64,000 nucleotides of DNA from an uncultured virus (IMG/VR IMGVR_UViG_3300032893_000007) (Duplodnaviria; Heunggongvirae; Uroviricota; Caudoviricetes). The notes below the pieces were generated by a model. That model saw nothing but the letters and a program-made list of their open reading frames with translations, ran no database searches and was not told the DNA's origin. The position numbers and the translations under genes are program-made. Shown piece by piece: positions 62,418-64,000 of this stretch. Numbering within the stretch: the first letter of the stretch is position 1; the number at the start of each line of letters is the position of its first letter. The stretch is from IMG/VR virus record IMGVR_UViG_3300032893_000007. One strand, written 5' to 3'.

Positions 62418-63503
62418 TTAGCACCGCTTGCCGGTCTGCTGTTCGAACTCGGCGACCAGGAACTGGCGCTCCTTGCCGAGCCTCGCGAGCTCCTCGTCGA
62501 TCTTCTTGATGGCCAGCACGGCGTCGCGGATCCGGTCGAGGCGCTCCGCGTTTCTCACGGAGCCGGGAACCCTGGCGGAGAGGTCGAGGAGCATGACGGC
62601 AGTCTCCAGTGTGAGGGAGACCTCGACGACGCCTCCCACCGGGGGCGGGGAGGCGGCGGGACTCGGCGAGGTCTCGGTACCTGCCGCCGGGGTTTCGAGC
62701 GCGTCTTTTACCGACCAGTGATTCTGCAGCCTCTCCCGGATGGTCTCGGCGGGGAGGTGCTTGACGAGCGCCCACTCGTCGACGGTGAGCCTTCTGCCCT
62801 CGTGGGCGATGCGCGGCGACCGGGGGTGCGCGGAGGTCACGCGCCGGGGGCGGTTATCAGTGACGGTGACGCCCTCCGCTCGGGCGACGGGGGAGGATTT
62901 CGGCGCCGGGGGTGACAGGACCTTGTCCATTGGCCACCCGGCCTGCACGCGCCAGATGATGGTCGTCGGTGAGATCCCGGTCAGGGCGGCCCACTCGCGG
63001 ACCGTCTTGGTTACACCGTCGTGCGAGAGGATCATGCCCTCTTCCCTCGACGACGCGCGTCCCGGGTGAAGGGGTTCAAGCACCTCCTCGGGTGGCAGGC
63101 CCTTGGCGAGCCTCGCGTAGATCGTGGCTTCCGAGAGGCCGAGATCTTTGGACCATTCGGCTGGGCCCTGGGTCCTGCCGAGGTGGGTGATCTGGTATCT
63201 GGTGCCGGGCGGGGAGGAGACGGTCTCCGGCGACTCGGACGGAGACTTTTCGACGGCGGAGATGGGAGTCACGGTCCGAGGCTCCGGGGGGTGATCGTCG
63301 GGGACGGGGGGAAGATTGGCGCTGCTCGCGTCCTCGGCTATGGTCTCGGGGAGGATTTCAAGTTCGTGGTCGTCGAGCTCATCTTCGTCGGACGTGGTCG
63401 GTCCGGAGTCGACGTCTTCGGCTTCGTCTTCGGTCTCGGCTTCGTCGTCCGGGTCTACGACCTCCGTGCCGCAGGTGAAGCTCTTATTTCGGTCGCCCGT
63501 CAT
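62418..63503 (-). CDS. Protein with three homing-endonuclease-type HTH repeats and acidic N-terminus, no nuclease domain seen
   Basis: Three copies of I.H.G...T..EW....G.S..TI..R...GW.....L. Confidence 0.75.
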   Translation of the reverse strand: MTGDRNKSFTCGTEVVDPDDEAETEDEAEDVDSGPTTSDEDELDDHELEILPETIAEDASSANLPPVPDDHPPEPRTVTPISAVEKSPSESPETVSSPPGTRYQITHLGRTQGPAEWSKDLGLSEATIYARLAKGLPPEEVLEPLHPGRASSREEGMILSHDGVTKTVREWAALTGISPTTIIWRVQAGWPMDKVLSPPAPKSSPVARAEGVTVTDNRPRRVTSAHPRSPRIAHEGRRLTVDEWALVKHLPAETIRERLQNHWSVKDALETPAAGTETSPSPAASPPPVGGVVEVSLTLETAVMLLDLSARVPGSVRNAERLDRIRDAVLAIKKIDEELARLGKERQFLVAEFEQQTGKRC

Positions 63504-63768
63504 CGTCGGTAAATCTCCCCGGGACTCGTTCGGTGAGCACGCGGATCTGGTCGGCGTCTAGCACCGAGCAGACGGCGTCGAGGAACTTCCACAGAAGCTC
63601 GACGTCGAGCTTCTCGCAGATCGCGTCGAGGGTTGGCTCGGGACTCCCCCCGCATCCGTCGCACAGCGGCTTTCCGTCGTGGACAGGGTTCGAGGGGTAG
63701 CCCTCCGGGACCGCGTAGCGGTTCGTGCCATCGACGATCTTCTTGCAGTTGCAGCATTCGAAGCTCAC
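63484..63768 (-). CDS. Small Zn-finger protein
   Basis: CCNC...LCDGC; GTG coupled to upstream stop. Confidence 0.6.
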   Translation of the reverse strand: MSFECCNCKKIVDGTNRYAVPEGYPSNPVHDGKPLCDGCGGSPEPTLDAICEKLDVELLWKFLDAVCSVLDADQIRVLTERVPGRFTDDDGRPK

Positions 63769-64000
63769 TTCGTCTTCCTCCCGTGAAGCTGCGACTCCAG
63801 CTCCCTGATGCGCACCTCGAGCGCTGTCTCGCGCGCCCTGTGGGTCTTGTTGGCCTGCCAGAAAGCCTTCTCCCACCCGACCTCCTTCGTGGGGTTCTCG
63901 GACAGCACGAAGTCGAGCTTGTCGAAGATCTCATCGACGGAGAGTCCGTCGTGCTCGACGCCCAGGGGCCGGCCCTCGATCACCCCGCAGACGTCGCGCA
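63765..64000 (-). CDS. Hypothetical protein, probably truncated by window edge
   Basis: Frame open to window end; coiled-coil C-terminus. Confidence 0.55.
   Translation of the reverse strand, partial: RDVCGVIEGRPLGVEHDGLSVDEIFDKLDFVLSENPTKEVGWEKAFWQANKTHRARETALEVRIRELESQLHGRKTK

Noticed and set aside
1..64000. Packaging ATPase, terminase, DNA polymerase, integrase, transposase, tRNA/rRNA
   Set aside because: No Walker A/B or other diagnostic motifs recognised by eye; they may lie outside the window or be too divergent to see

Overview
High-GC, very gene-dense 64 kb segment with no rRNA, tRNA, CRISPR array or housekeeping operon that I could recognise. It reads as part of a large virus, provirus or plasmid-prophage, probably from a Myxococcota-type host (inferred from GC content and a Cys-rich sigma-70 region-4 protein). 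Layout: 72-bp tandem repeat at the left edge; a glycan-modification cluster (2 FkbM methyltransferases, radical SAM, GT10, GT2/GT7-like, GT-TPR; 1.2-9.2 kb); a long minus-strand array of small phage-type genes (9.2-24.6 kb); a ~22 kb minus-strand morphogenesis-like module (25.4-47.3 kb); a divergent plus-strand cluster (47.6-51.3 kb); then RelBE-type TA, cell-wall hydrolases, an LRR fibre module and more small genes. No terminase, portal, HK97 capsid, tail tube/sheath or baseplate was recognisable. The morphogenesis-like module instead has a compact beta-rich putative single jelly-roll capsid protein (46142-46747), a transglutaminase-like Cys-His-Asp putative maturation protease, many small membrane proteins, spike-like proteins sharing an N-terminal anchor, and a 1874-aa protein punctuated by hydrophobic/Ser-Gly motifs that looks like a polyprotein. 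Best candidates for novelty: (1) a large tailless, probably membrane-containing virus architecture; (2) a divergent operon of 1-, 2- and 3-domain paralogs of the putative capsid protein behind an HTH gene; (3) an N-terminal peptide tag (MARDLxxGxxxRxW) on up to nine dispersed genes; (4) a Gly-specific processing code shared by capsid, protease and giant protein; (5) a conserved promoter/operator motif TTGACACTT(T/G)GTTCAGGCT. All fold and function assignments are by-eye motif inference, without database searches.
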